A DNA stretch of 64,000 nucleotides from an uncultured Thermoleophilia bacterium (GCA_963792455.1 CAWBWA010000005.1:10010-74009); one strand, 5' to 3'; shown: positions 49,393 to 62,295, numbered from the stretch's first letter. Numbers and translations are program-made. The notes: a model not told the origin generated them from the letters alone.

Positions 49393-50570
49393 CTGACGTC
49401 GTCGAGCGCTACCTGACGCTCGGGCTGCGGCTCGGGCGCCACGTCGACGGCCTCGTCGACGCCTACTACGGGCCGGCCGGGCTCGCGCAGGCGGTCGACA
49501 CCGAGGCGCTGGTCGCCGCGCCCGAGCTCGTGGCCGAAGCGGAACGGCTGGGCGCCGATCTCGAGGTCTCCGACCTCGAGCCGCAGCGCCAGGCGTGGCT
49601 CGCCGACCAGGTCGACGGGCTCCGCGCCTACGCAGGGGTGCTGGCCGGAGAGAGCATCTCGTACGTCGAAGAGGTGGCGCGGTGCTACGGCGTCAGGCCC
49701 GAGCCCGTCCCCGAGGACGCCTATCGCGAGGCGCACGCCCGCCTCGACGAGCTTCTGCCCGGCACCGGATCGCTCGTCGAGCGCTACGACGGCTGGCGCC
49801 AGGGCCGCCGGGTCTCCTCCGAGCGGATGATCCCGGCGCTGACCGCGCTCGTGGAGCTGCTGCGGGCGCGGACCCTGCGGCTGCTCGAGCTTCCCGAGGG
49901 AGAGGCCGTAGTCGTCGAGGAGGTGCACGACGAGCCGTGGTGGGCCTTCAACTACTACCAGGGTGGCCTCCGCAGCCGCGTGGTCGTGAACGCGGACACG
50001 CTGACGACCCCGTTCGATCTCGTCGCGCTCGCCGCGCACGAGGTCTACCCGGGCCACCACACCGAGCACGCCGTGAAGGAGCAGTTGCTCACCCGTGACC
50101 GCGGCTGGCTGGAGGAGACGATCCAGCTCGTGCCCACGCCTCAGGCCGTGGTCAGCGAGGGGATCGCCGAGATCGGCCTCGACCTGCTGCTCGACGGGGT
50201 GCTCGAGGGAGAGATCGGGGACGTGCTGGCGGCGCACGGGCTCGAGGACGACCTCGACCTGGCACGCGAGGTCGCCAGCGCACGACGGCCGACCCGAGGC
50301 CTCGGCCTGGATGCGGCGCTGATCGTCCACGAGCGCGGCGGCACGGTCGCGGAGGCCCAGGCCCACGTCGAGCGCTGGGGCCTGCGAACGCCCGAGCAGG
50401 CCGCGCAGACGGTGCGGTTCGTGACCGATCCCACCTGGCGGGCCTACGTCGTCACCTACGCGGCGGGACAGGAGCTCTGCGGCGCCTACGTGGGCGGCGA
50501 TCCGGCCCGGTTCCGCACGCTCCTGACCGAGCAGGTGCGCGTCGCCGACCTGATCGGCGCGCTTCCGTAA
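49389..50570 (+). CDS. DUF885-like putative metalloprotein
   Basis: [35 protein letters not shown]; GTG 49389. Confidence 0.85.
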   Translation: MTDVVERYLTLGLRLGRHVDGLVDAYYGPAGLAQAVDTEALVAAPELVAEAERLGADLEVSDLEPQRQAWLADQVDGLRAYAGVLAGESISYVEEVARCYGVRPEPVPEDAYREAHARLDELLPGTGSLVERYDGWRQGRRVSSERMIPALTALVELLRARTLRLLELPEGEAVVVEEVHDEPWWAFNYYQGGLRSRVVVNADTLTTPFDLVALAAHEVYPGHHTEHAVKEQLLTRDRGWLEETIQLVPTPQAVVSEGIAEIGLDLLLDGVLEGEIGDVLAAHGLEDDLDLAREVASARRPTRGLGLDAALIVHERGGTVAEAQAHVERWGLRTPEQAAQTVRFVTDPTWRAYVVTYAAGQELCGAYVGGDPARFRTLLTEQVRVADLIGALP

Positions 50571-50573
50571 GGG

Positions 50574-51272
50574 ATGAGACCGGCCGACGATGTGCGGGCG
50601 CAGGTGGACCGGGCGCTCGAGCTGTGCGACGACGACCCCGAGCAGGCACTCGCCATCTTCGACGACATCGACCGTCGCTACGGGGAGTCAGTCGATCCCG
50701 CGACGCGACGCGAGGTGGCACGGGCGCTCAACTGCAAGGCAACGGGGCTCTGGGAATACTGGTGGGGTAATCCCGAGCTGCGTCTCGCCATCTTCGACGA
50801 CATCGACCGTCGCTACGGAAAGTCAGTCGATCCCGCGACGCGACGCGAGGTCGCGCAGGCGCTGACGGGCAAGGGGGCGCTCCTCGGGAGCTACGAGGTC
50901 CAGCGATACGAGGAGAGCCTGGCTGCCTTCGACGAGGCGGTGAGTCGCTTCCAGGACGAGACCGATCCCGGCCTCGTGGCTGAAGTCGCCTTCGCGCGAC
51001 TCGGGCGGGCGGAGGCCTTCGGCGAACTCGGGCGCCACGAGGAAGCGGTGGAGGCCACCGACGAGGTGATCGAGCGGTACGACGGCGAGGCCGCTCTCGG
51101 GCTCCGGGAGTTGGTGGCCGACGCCCGCGTCAGGCGTGGTTGGTTCCTCCATGAGCTCGGGCGCGACGACGAGGCGATCGCGGCTGCCGACCACGCGACG
51201 GGCGAGGCCGACTGCGTCTGTGCCGGCAGCTCGTCTCGGGCGAGCTCGCCCCGATCCCCGGGGCATGGGTGA
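50574..51272 (+). CDS. TPR-like helical repeat protein (3' end probably frameshifted)
   Basis: Repeated A..FD....R....P......VA.AL..KG units. Confidence 0.8.
   Translation: MRPADDVRAQVDRALELCDDDPEQALAIFDDIDRRYGESVDPATRREVARALNCKATGLWEYWWGNPELRLAIFDDIDRRYGKSVDPATRREVAQALTGKGALLGSYEVQRYEESLAAFDEAVSRFQDETDPGLVAEVAFARLGRAEAFGELGRHEEAVEATDEVIERYDGEAALGLRELVADARVRRGWFLHELGRDDEAIAAADHATGEADCVCAGSSSRASSPRSPGHG
50649..50855 (+). repeat. Near-identical ~70-bp direct repeat, 135-bp period
   Basis: ctcgccatcttcgacgacatcgaccgtcgctacgg..agtcagtcgatcccgcgacgcgacgcgaggt at 50649 and 50784. Confidence 0.9.
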
Positions 51273-51437
51273 TCTCGCTCCTCGATCACGACCTCTCGGG
51301 CGGTGACTCACGCGGCATCTTCTTCGAGGTCGTCGGGCAGCGTCGCGCGCGATGAGTCCCGTCGGCCGAGCTGATCGCGGAGGTCGAAGCCGAAATCACC
51401 CGACGAGCTCGCCGCGTGGTAAAGCGCCTCGAAGGGC

Positions 51438-52386
51438 CTAACCCGACCGAACCAGGCGTCGGCGATGCTCGCGACGTGGCGATGATCGGTGCCGCAGCAG
51501 CCGCCGAGCACGGTCAGGTGCGGGCAGCCGCTCGCCGATCTCGAGGTAGCTCGGCGCGCGAGCTCGACCGGGTCGCCGTCGTCGAGCACCTCCGACTCGT
51601 CGAGCTCGGCGTGGCTCTTCGTCGAGGCGTTCGCGCGGATGCCCGAGGATGCGATCCCAGGGCCCGGCTCGTCGAGCACCGAGAGGAAGTGGGTCGGGTG
51701 GGCGCAGTTGACCATGAAGTAGGCGACGACGCCCCCCGTCTCGCTGTCGACCTGCGTCGATCGCCTCCGCGAGCGGCTGCCCGCTCGGCAGCCGGCCGTC
51801 CGTCTCGACCGTGAAGGAGATCACGGCGGGGAGCCCCGCGGCGGTCGCGGCGCGCACGATCCCGATCGCCTCCTCGACGTAGGTGATCGTCATGCCCGAC
51901 GATGCTGTCGGCCGCCGTGTCGGCGAGGACGCCGACCTGCCACGAGTGGAACGCCTCCGCCTCGTCGGCCGTCATGTGGCGTCCGGGATCGTACGCGTCG
52001 TCCTCCGGACCCGATCGGGGCGCTGATCACGAACGGGGCGGCCCGGTTCCTCCTCGCGTTCGCGGATCTCCTCGACGAAGCGCGATGCAGCGCCGGTTCG
52101 CCTCGGCGAGCTCGTCGAGGGAGTAGCCGAGCTGCGCGCCCCAGGATGGGTTCGCCCGCCACGTGTTGGCCTCGAGCACGAAGCCGGTGCCGTGACGGCG
52201 CGCGACGTCGAGATACGGCTCGAAGTACCGCGCCATCGCCATCCGCCCCTCCTCGCTGCTCGAGCAGCGGGAACGAGGCGAAGCACGGCAGCTCGAAGCC
52301 GTCGTCGAAGACAGCGACGTCTCCATGCCGCCGTCGGTGAGCAGCAGCGTCCCGTCGAGCTGCGGCAACGCGTTCCGGTAGCGCAC
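51438..52386 (-). CDS. Homocysteine S-methyltransferase-family protein (many frameshifts)
   Basis: YRNALPQL, TDGGMET, NTWRAN, SFTVETDGRL, NCAHPTH, GGCCGTD. Confidence 0.88.
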
Positions 52387-52450
52387 GACTCGGGATCGTA
52401 GAACCCTGCGGGAAGGGATGCAACATGCGGCCCGGCCGTACACTCGCCCC

Positions 52451-54848
52451 ATGCGAGAGCACGACCTCGAACTGCTCGAGCTCCCCGCGGTGCTGGCCCG
52501 GCTGGCCGGTGCAGCGGCGAGCGAGCCAGGAGCCCTGCTCGCCGAAGCCCTCCGCCCGTCGGCGGACGCAGAGGAGGTCGCGGCTGCCGCCAGCAGCAGA
52601 CGACCGAGGCGATCTCGCTGCTCGACGAGGCGGCCGAGCCCGACCTCGGCGGCGCAGCCGACGTGAGCGAGGCGGCCGACCTCGCGGCCCGCGGCAGCAC
52701 GCTCGACACTCGCTCTCTGGCGCAGATCGAGCGCACGATTCGCGCCGGGGTGACGGCGCGCCGCGCGCTCGGCGAGCGGGGCGAGATCCCGATGCTGATG
52801 GAGCTCGTGGCAGGGATCGACCCGGCGCTGCTCTCCGTGGCCGAGGAGATCGGGCGGGCGGTCGAGGAGGACGGCTCCGATCTGAAGGACTCGGCCTCGC
52901 CGCCGCTGCGCCGCCTGCGCCGCGAGCTGCGCGAGGGCAGGGGGCGGCTGGCCGAGCGCCTGCGCAAGATCGCGCACGACCCGGCGATCGCCGAGCATCT
53001 CCAGGACGACTTCGTCACCGAGCGCGGCGGCCGCCCCGTCCTGGCGCTGAAGGCCTCGGCCCGGGGGCGCGTGCCCGGCATCGTTCACGACTCCTCCGGC
53101 TCGGGCCAGACGCTGTTCGTCGAGCCTCTGGCGGCGGTCGACGACTCGAACCGCCTGCGCGAGGCCGAGGTCGCCGAGCGCGACGAGGTCTCCAGGATCC
53201 TGCGCAACCTCTCGTCGCTCGTCGCCGCACAGGCCGAGGCGCTCGTGGCGCTCGTCGACGCCACCGCAGCGCTCGACCTCGCCATCGCCCGCGGCAGCCT
53301 CTCGCGCGGCTGGCGGGGCGCGCTCGTGGCTCAGAGCCACAAAGTCGTGCTGCTCGGGGCGCGCCACCCGCTGCTCGACCGGGCCTCGGCGGTCCCGATC
53401 GACCTCGAGCTCGGCTCGCTGCGCGCGCTCGTGATCAGCGGGCCGAACACCGGCGGCAAGACCGTGGCCCTGAAGACGCTCGGGCTCGCGGCCGTCCTCC
53501 ACCAGTGCGGCCTGCGCCCGCCGGCGGACGAGGCGGCGCTGCCCGTCTTCGACGAGATCCTCGTCGACATCGGCGACGAGCAGTCGATCGCGATGAGCCT
53601 CTCGACCTTCTCGGCGCACGTGCAGAACCTCGTGGGCATCCTCGAGACGGCGACCGAGGAGCTCTCTCGTGCTCCTCGACGAGATCGCGGCCGGCACCGA
53701 CCCGGTCGAGGGCGCCGCGCTGGCGGAGGCGCTCCTCGGGCGCCTCGCGACCCAGGCCCGGCTCACGGTGACGACGAGCCACTACGCCGAGCTGAAGGAG
53801 TGGGCGAGCGCCGCCGACGGTGCCGCGAACGCCGCCACCGGGAGTCGATCCCGACACGTACGAGCCGCTCTACACGATCACGCTCGGCCGGCCCGGGACG
53901 TCCCACGCGCTGCAGACGGCAGAGCGGCTCGGCCTGCCGGCACCGATCGTGGCGACCGCGCGGAGCCGGATCGCACCCGAGCGGCTGCTCGTCGCCGAGC
54001 TCGTCACCGAGGCCGAGGCAGCCGCGCGCGAGGCACAGACGGCGCTCTCGGCCGCGACTGCGGAGCAGCGGGACGCCGAGGCGGCGCGGCTGCAGGCCCA
54101 GAGCGCGGCCGAGGGCCTCCAGGAGGAGATCGAGAGAGTCAGGGCGTCCGCCGCCGCCGAGCGGCAGCGCGCGCTGGCGGAGGCCGGGGAGGAGCTGTCT
54201 GCCGTGCGGGCCGAGCTCGAGGAGCTGCGCGCCGAGATCCGGGCGGCGCGCAAGCTCGAGCGGGAGCGCGGCCGCGCTGCGACCCCGGTCGCGCAGAAGA
54301 AGGAGGCCGAGCGCGATCGCAGGCTGGGCGAGGCCTCAACGCGCGCCGTTCGCGCGTCCCGCTCGCTCGCGCGGCTCGACGAGCCTCTGCCGCTGGTGGC
54401 GCCGCTCGCCGCAGGCGATCCGGTCGTCGCTCCGTCGATCGGGGTCAGGGGCACGATCACCGAGATCGTCGGTGACGAGGCGACGGTGCTCGGCAGGGGC
54501 GGCCTCCGGGTGCGTGTTCCCGTCGATCGCCTGATCCCCGACCGCGACGCCGGGCGGACGGACGAGCCGGCCGCCGCGGCCGTGACCGTGCGCGCCATGG
54601 CCCAGCCCGACCTCTCCGACGAGATCGACCTGCGCGGGCGCACCGCCCAGGAGGCCCGGGAGGCCGTACGCGACCTGGTCGACGCGGCCGCGCTCGCCGG
54701 CCTGCCGGAGGTGCGCGTGATCCACGGCCGCGGCACCGGCGCGGTGCGCAAGGCGGTGCGCGACGAGCTCGCGAAGCATCCGCTCGTCGAGGAGCAGGTG
54801 TCGGATTCGGCGGACGGGGCGACCCTGGTGCGGCTCGGCGGAAGCTGA
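52451..54848 (+). CDS. mutS2: MutS2 with C-terminal Smr domain (frameshifted)
   Basis: GIVHDSSGSGQTLFVEP, ARHPLL, SGPNTGGKT, DIGDEQS, STFSAH, LLDE..GTDP.EG, TSHY, IHGRGTG. Confidence 0.94.
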
Positions 54849-54856
54849 GGGCTGTC

Positions 54857-54891
54857 GGAGCCCGGACGACAGGCTGAAGCCTGTCGCCGCC
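54857..54891 (+). repeat. REP-like hairpin
   Basis: ggagcccggacgacaggctgaagcctgtcgcc. Confidence 0.9.
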
Positions 54892-55017
54892 GCATCCGGT
54901 CGTCACGCGATCGATACATCGTGTACCCAAGTTGGCGGCAACGCCCGTTCCGGACGGTGTTAGGGTGGAACGGCAGGCTGCGGGATGAGCCCGCCGCCAC
55001 GATCAGGGGGTGGGACG

Positions 55018-58000
55018 ATGAGACTGGTGCAGAGAAACGCGGACGCTTCTCGGGCTCGGTGTCATCGTCTTGCTCGTGCTGATCGTGGGGGCGCTGCCGG
55101 CGACGGCGAACCCGACGGCTCGGGCACTCGTTGATCAGCCAGGTCTACGGGGGTCGGCGGCAACAGCGGCGCGACGTACCACGCAACGACTATCGTCGAG
55201 ACATTACAACCCCACCGGCGTCGAGCCGTCAGCCTCTCGGGGTGGTCTGTGCAGTACACGAGCGCGACGGGCAACGGCAACTCGGCACGATCACGACACG
55301 CTCAGCGGGCCTGCCGACGTCAGATCGCCGCCCGGCCAGTACTGCCTGGTCCAGGAGGCCTCGAACGGAGCCGGTGGGACGCCCCGCTACCGACTCCTCA
55401 ACTCGACACGACGGAAGCCCGATCGCGATGAGCCGCGACCGCCGGGAAGATCGCTCTGACGAACACCACGACACCGCCGGTTGCACGCAGGTCACGCGCG
55501 CAGTGCCGCGCAGCTCGCAGCGATCGTCGACTCTCGTCGGCTACGGCACGGCGCGACCGAAGCCAACTCTCGAAGACGCACGTCCGGCAGCGCCACGCTC
55601 TGCGCAACACTACGGCCGCGCTCCGTAGGTCCAGCGAGCGGCTGCACGGACACGGACGACAACAGCGCCGACTTCGCGTCGGCGTCACCGACATCCGCGG
55701 AACACGCGCCCGCACCGGATCCCGGGATCAACCTCTCGGTCAACGACGTCTCGCAGAACGAGGGCAACGCGGGCACGACGACCTTCACGTTCACGGTGAG
55801 CCTCTCCTCGCCGGCGGGCGCGGGCGGGGTCACCTTCGACATCGCGACGGCCGACAATTCCGCAACCTCGCCGAGCGACTTCACGGCGAACACGCTCACG
55901 GGCCAGTCGATTGCCGCAGGGCAACTCGACGTCCACCTTCAACGTGCTCGTCAACGGCGACACGGACGTTCGAGCCGGACGAGACGTTCTTCGTCAACGT
56001 CACGAACGTCACCGGCGCGAACGCATCGACCGACGGCCAGGGGCAGGGGACGATCCACGAACGACGACGTCGGACTGCGCGGCAGTCGTTCACGCCGATC
56101 TACGCGATCCAGGGCAGCGGGCGGCCGACGCCGATCCCCGGACGTCGTCACGACCAAGGGCGTCGTCGTCGGCGACTACGAGGGCCCGTCGCCGGCGCTG
56201 CGCGGCTTCTACCTCCAGGACGCCGACGCGGCGACGGCGAACCCGGCGACCTCCGACGGCATCTTCGTCTTCAACGGCAGCAACAACACCGTCAGCGCTC
56301 GGAGACATCGTCTACGTGCACCGGAACCGCCGGCGGAGTTCCAGGACCAGACCCAGATCAGCACCGTCACGTCCGATCGTGCAACTGCGGCACCGGGCAC
56401 CGTGACGCCGACCGACGTGACCTTCCCGGTCGCCTCGCGCGACGTTCCTCGAGCAGTACGAGGGCATGCTCGTCGCGCCTGCCGCAGACGATGTTCGTGA
56501 CCGAGCACTTCCAGCTCGGGCGGTTCGGCCAGGTGGTGCTGTCCTCGGGCGGCCGTCTCCAGCAGCCGACGAACGTCGTCGCACCCGGTGCCCCGGCGCT
56601 CGCACTGCAGGCCGCGAACAACCTGAACCGGATCATCCTCGACGACGCCTCGCAGGCGCAGAACCCGGATCCGATCCTCTTCGCGCGCGGCGGCCTGCCG
56701 CTGAGCGCCGCCAACACGCTCCGCGGCGGTGACACGGCGACGGGCATCGTCGGCGTGATGACGTACACGTGGGCGGGGAACGCCGCGAGCGGGAACGCCT
56801 ACCGGGTGCGCCCGATCAACGCGCTGGGCGGCACGTACAGCTTCCTGCCGGCCAACCCGCGGCCCACGAGCGCGCCTGCAGTCGGCGGGACGCTCAAGGT
56901 CGTGGGCATGAACCTGCTCAACTTCTTCAACACGTTCGACGGCCTGCCCGACACCGTCGACAACTGCGCCTTCGGCGTCGGCGGCGCTGCCGCCGACTGC
57001 CGCGGGGCCGACACGCAGGCCGAGTTCGACCGCCAGTGGCCGAAGACCGTGGCTGCGATCCTCGCGATGAATCCCGACGTGTCGGCGTCAACGAGATCGA
57101 GAACGACGGCTACGGGCCGACGAGCGCGATGCAGTTCCTGGTCGACCGGCTGAACGCGGCCACGGCGCCGGGCACCTACGCGTTCATCGACGTCGACGCG
57201 AACACCGGCCAGGTGAACGCGATGGGCACGGACGCGATCAAGGTCGGGCTTCTCTACAAGCCCGCCGCCGTCACTCCCGTCGGCCAGACGGCTGCGCTGA
57301 ACACGGTGGCCTTCGTGAACGGCGGCGACGGGGCACCGCGGAGCCGGCCGTCGCTCGCCCAGGCGTTCCAGGAGAACGCCACCGGCGCGAGGTTCATCGT
57401 CGACGTCAACCACCTCAAGAGCAAGGGCTCCGCCTGCGATCTCTCCCGATCAGGGCGACGGCCAGGGCAACTGCAACCAGGTCCGGGTCAACGCGGCGAA
57501 CGAGCTGATGAGCTGGCTCGCCACCGACCCGACCGGTACCGGCGACCCGGACATCCTGCTGGTCGGCGACTACAACTCGTACGCCATGGAGGACCCGATC
57601 ACGGCGATCAAGAACGCCGGCTACACCAACCTGATCGCGTCACTCCTCGGGCCGGACGCGTACTCGTACGTCTTCGACGGCCAGTGGGGCTACCTCGACC
57701 ACGCGCTCGCGTCTGCGTCGATGACGTCGCTCAGGTCGCCGGCGTCGGCGAGTACCACATCAACTCCGACGAGCCGTCGCGTGCTCGACTACAACACCGA
57801 CTTCAAGACGCGCGAACCTCCAGACCACCCTGTACGCGCCCGACGAGTTCCGGGTGTCCGACCACGACCCGGTCATCGTCGGCCTCAGCCCGAACCGGCC
57901 CCGACGGTCGACGCCGGCGGGCCGTACTCGGTCTTCGCCGGCTTCTCGGTCGCCGTGAGCGCGAGCGGGAGCGACCCGGACGGCGGCTCGCTCACGTACG

Positions 58001-58389
58001 CGTGGGATCTCGACAACAACGGGAGCTTCGAGACCCCGGGCCAGAGCGCGACGTTCTCGGCCGCGTCGATCAGCACGCCAGGCCCACGGACGATCAAGGT
58101 GCGCGTGACCGACGCCGGGGGCCTCACGGCCGTCGACACGGCAACGGTCAACGTCGTCGTCACCTACGACAGCCTCTGCGCCCTCACGGAGGCGCTCGTC
58201 ACGAAAGCGAGCATCGCGCACGCCCTGTGCGTGAAGCTCGAGAACGCAGAAGCCGCCGCGGCCCGCGGCAACCTGAACGCCCGCGACGGGATGTTGAAGG
58301 CGTACCGCAACCAGCTCGACGCCCAGACCGGCAAGTCGGTCTCGGCCGCGGATGCCGCGCTGCTGAAGGCGCTCTCGCTCGCGTTGTAG
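55018..58389 (+). CDS. ExeM/NucH-family extracellular nuclease (LTD, Calx-beta, OB, EEP, PKD-like, FIMAH-like; many frameshifts)
   Basis: ISQVYGG, EGNAGTTTFTFTV, GFYLQD..TSDGIFV, NLLNFFN, NHLKSKG, GDYNSY, SYVFDGQWGYLDH, SDHDP, YAWDLDNNG. Confidence 0.9.
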
Positions 58390-58397
58390 GGATCGAC

Positions 58398-58430
58398 CCG
58401 GTTGGGGGCAGGCTGGCCTGCCCCCGCCGG
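58398..58430 (+). terminator. Hairpin terminator
   Basis: gggggcagg-ctgg-cctgccccc, 14 bp after the nuclease stop. Confidence 0.65.
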
Positions 58431-58555
58431 CGTCACTCGGCCGCGGCCCGCCGGAGCGGAGGTCGGAGCGCCTCGCGCTCCTCGGGCGACTACAGCCGAC
58501 CGAGCGCCGTGATGGCCCCGAGCGGGTGGTCGACCTCGCGGAGCACGAGCGTGCG

Positions 58556-58590
58556 GGAGCCCGGACGACAGGCTGAAGCCTGTCGCCGGC
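58556..58590 (+). repeat. REP-like hairpin
   Basis: ggagcccggacgacaggctgaagcctgtcgccggc. Confidence 0.9.
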
Positions 58591-58627
58591 GCCCGGCGTC
58601 CTCCGCTACCCGTATCCTGAAAGGTTC

Positions 58628-61554
58628 GTGTCCGCACCCGAGCCGATCGCGCACCACCCCACCCCCGAGCGGGCCACGCTCGAGATCCTGTGGCAGCAGG
58701 ACGTCAGCGCGACCGTGCTCGCACGCAGCCGCGACGGCTCGCTCTCGGCCGGCGGGTTGCAGGTCGGGATTCCCGCGGTCTCGGATCTGGCGGAGCTCGG
58801 GCACGGCGCGAGCGCCCGCCGGGTCGGCCTCTCGGAGCTGATCGCCCTCGCACCAGGAGCCGCCCGCCGAGCTCGAGCTCGGCGGCTCCGCGCGCGCAAC
58901 CTTCGCCGTGCTCGAGCTCGCCGCGCGATCCGTCACCGAAGGCCTCCTCCACCCGCAGCTCCAGCACGGTGGGCGCACGTGGCTCGCCTACTGGGGCGCC
59001 ACGATCGACCAGCCGGTGCAGGAGGCGCTCGACGCAATCGCTGCCGCGCTGCCGGCCGTCTGCGCCGACGCGTTCGACGGCGACCGCGACGCGCTCGTGC
59101 ACGACCTCTACGCCTGCGCCGTCGACCAGATCGCCCGCGACCGCCTCCGCACGGCGGGCGTGCGGCTCGGCAACCGGCTCCTGCGCAACCGGCCGAGCGC
59201 ACCCGAGCTGTTCCTCGACGGCCTCACCTCGGTCGAGCCCGAGCTGCCGCCGCATGCGGGGCTGGGTGCGCTCGAGCGGCGGCTCACCGACTGGGTCGAC
59301 CGCGGCCTCGAGCGCCGCTCCAGCGCACCGTGGCTCCTCAGCCTCCGGCTCGACGAGCGCGACACGAGCGAGCGCGAGCCCGGCAACTCGTCCACCGTCG
59401 TGCTCGAGCTGTGGCTGCAGGCGGCCGACGATCCGACCCTGGCCCTCCCCACCTCCCTCCTGCACGACGGCGGTGACGCGGTCTTCGGCTTCCTCCGCTC
59501 GGCCGATCCGCGGATCGCCGTGCAGCGCCAGCTCGGGCTGATCGAGCCCGTCCTCGCCGAGGGCGGCCTCGCCTTCGACCCGGTCGAGCCGACCACGCTC
59601 GAGCTCGGCGACGACGACGTTCGCTTCGTGCTCCGCACCGCGATCCCGAGGCTGGAGGAGATCGGCGTGCCCGTGCTGCTGCCGCGCAACTGGGTCAGCT
59701 CGGCCGGCAGGCTGCGCGTCAACCTCACCGCGACGAGCGCGCCCCGCACGTCGAGCGGACTGCTCACGACCGACGCCCTCGCACGGTTCGACTGGAAGCT
59801 CGCGATCGGCGACACGACCCTCACCGAGGAGGAGCTGACCGAGCTCGCGGCCGCCAAGGAGCCGTTGATCCGCATCCAGGGCCGCTGGCACGCGTTGCGC
59901 CGCTCCGAGGTCGAGAAGGCCCTGCTCTTCCTCGACCGCAGGCGCGAGGGATCCGTCGTCGACCTCGTCCGGGCGGTCTCGGGTATCGAGCTGGAGGATG
60001 CGGGTCTCGAGCTCGGCGAGGTCACGCTCGACGACGCGCTCGGCGCGTTGCTCACGGGCGGCGACGAGCGGCGCTACGAGCCCCTCGGCACCCCCGCCGC
60101 GATGACGCAGCCGCTCTTCCCGTTCCAGGAGCGCGGCCACGGCTGGCTGCGGCTGCTCGGCGACATGGGGATCGGCGCCATCCTCGCCGACGACATGGGG
60201 CTCGGCAAGACCGTGCAGGCGATCGCGATGCTGACCTCCGAGCGGGAGCAGTTCGGCGCCGAGGCGTTCGGCCCCACCCTCGTCGTCTGCCCGATGAGCG
60301 TCACGCGCCAGTGGGCCCGCGAGATCGAGCGGTTCGCGCCGTCGCTCCGCGTGCACCTGCACCACGGCGGCGAGCGGCTGAGCGGCGAGGAGCTGGCGGC
60401 GGTCGCCCGCGCCAGCGACGTCGTCATCACCTCGTACGACATCGCGACGCGCGACGTCGACACACTCGCGGCGGTCACCTGGGACCGGCTCCTGCTCGAC
60501 GAGGCCCAGGACGTCAAGAACCCAGCCACGAAGCGGGCCCGCGCCCTGCGGCGGCTCGCACGCGCACCGCACGCTCGCCATGACCGGGACGCCGATCGAG
60601 AACCGCCTCGACGAGCTGTGGGCGATCATGGACATCGTCAACCCGGGCCTGCTCGGCTCGCGCGAGCGGTTCCAGCGCACCTTCGCGCGGCCGATCGAGG
60701 CACACGGCGACAGCCGGTCGCTCGAGCGTCTGCGGGCGATGGTGCAGCCGTTCATCCTGCGACGGCCCAAGGACAGCCCCGAGGTGGAGCTCGAGCTGCC
60801 GGAGATCACGGTCACGAAGGAGTACTGCCGGCTCACGCTCGAGCAGGCGAGCCTGTACCGCGCCACCGTCGACCGCTGGATGCCGCGGATCGAGGAGCAC
60901 GAGAAGAGCTTCGGCCGCCGCGGCGCCGTGCTCGCGATGCTGAGCCAGCTGAAGCAGGTGTGCAACCACCCCGAGATGGTGCTCGCCACCGGCCGTCCGC
61001 TCGCGGGTCGCTCGGGCAAGCTCGAGCGCCTCGTCGAGCTGCTCGAGGCGATGCCGCGCGACGACAAGGCGCTCGTCTTCACCCAGTACCCCGGCTTCGA
61101 CCGGATCGTGCCGCACCTGCACGAGCGCCTCGGCCGCGAGATCGGCTTCTTCCACGGCGGCCTGCCGGCGCGGCAGCGCGACGAGCTCGTGGCGTCGTTC
61201 ACCGAGCCCGACGGGCCGTCCGTGCTCGTGATCTCGATCCGGGCCGGCGGTCGCGGCCTCAACCTCCCGGCCGCGAACCACGTCTTCCACTTCGACCGCT
61301 GGTGGAACCCCGCGGTCGAGCAGCAGGCGACCGACCGCGCGTACCGCTTCGGCCAGCACAAGGACGTCTTCGTCCACAGCCTCATCTGCACCGCGACGCT
61401 CGAGGAGCGGATCGACGAGTTGCTCGACTCGAAGCGCGAGCTCGCGGAGAAGGTCGTCGCCGGCCGGGCCGACGACTGGCTCGGCGAGCTCGATCTCGAC
61501 GCGATCCGTGCGGCCGTCTCGTTGTCGGACACCTCGGTCGAGGAGGCGGCGTGA
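58628..61554 (+). CDS. SNF2-family helicase (frameshifted)
   Basis: LADDMGLGKT, DEAQDVKN, TGTPIEN, LKQVCNHP, GLNL, DRWWNPAVEQQATDRAYRFGQ. Confidence 0.95.
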
Positions 61555-62295
61555 CGGTGCTGAACGACGGCCGGCCCGTCTTCGTGGACGGCGACGACGA
61601 CCGCATCGGCCGCGGGCCGTGGGCACGCTGGCTCGCGACGTCGATCGTCCCCGACGAAGGCTCGCCCCGCGCCGAGCGCGGCCGGATCCTCGCCCGCACC
61701 GGCCACGTGCACAGCGTGTCCGTCGTCGAGGGCGCGATCACGGCCCAGGTGATCGGGTCGGGTGGCGCCGAGTACCGGGTCGGGCTCGCAGCCGACCCCG
61801 TCTCGCCCCGCGTCTGGGCCGCGGTGATCGGGTCGCCGCGGGGGCGCACGCTCTTCGAGGCCGCGGTCGCCGGACGCGATCAGTCCCTCCAGCTCGAGCA
61901 TGCGATGACCGTCGACTGGGAGGAGCCACTGATCCCGCCGGGTCGTTCCGTGCGCCGGTCGTGCACCTGCCCGGACGCCGACTACAGCGGTGCCTGCAAG
62001 CACGTGATCGCGCTCGCCTACGTGGTGGCCGACGCGATCGACACCGACCCGTCGCTCCTCCTCGCGTGGCGCGGCTGCACCGCCCGAGACGACCGGGGAG
62101 CGGGTGCCGCTCGCGGCAGCCCTCTCGGGCGATCCGTGGGCAGCCGGGACGCTGCCCGAGCTCGGGCCGGCGCGCGCGCTGCCCGTGGGCTCCGTGCTGA
62201 AGCGGCTCGGCGCGAGCGGGCTCGTCGTCGACGGTGTCGATCTCCGTGACGCGCTCGAGCCCGCGTACGCGGCGTTCGCGGGCACGCCTCTCTGA
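61551..62295 (+). CDS. SWIM zinc-finger protein (frameshift near 62090)
   Basis: My translation from GTG 61551 gives RAERGR, AQVIGS, SCTCPD....ACKH, DPSLLLAWRG. Confidence 0.88.

Noticed and set aside
50649-50855. Diversity-generating retroelement TR/VR pair
   Set aside because: No reverse transcriptase, both copies are in frame in one gene, and there are too few mismatches to show adenine bias.
22262-52386. A sulfur-metabolism cluster (TrxB-like, CDO-like, SQR-like, homocysteine methyltransferase)
   Set aside because: The genes are spread over 30 kb in separate transcription units with no shared motif.
52451-54848. Programmed frameshifting or pseudogene status for mutS2 and other split genes
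   Set aside because: No slippery sites, and breaks are scattered over many unrelated genes; sequencing error is the simpler explanation.
58628-62295. SNF2 plus SWIM as a new anti-phage system
   Set aside because: This is a known actinobacterial pairing (Rv2101/Rv2102 type) with no defence-island context here.
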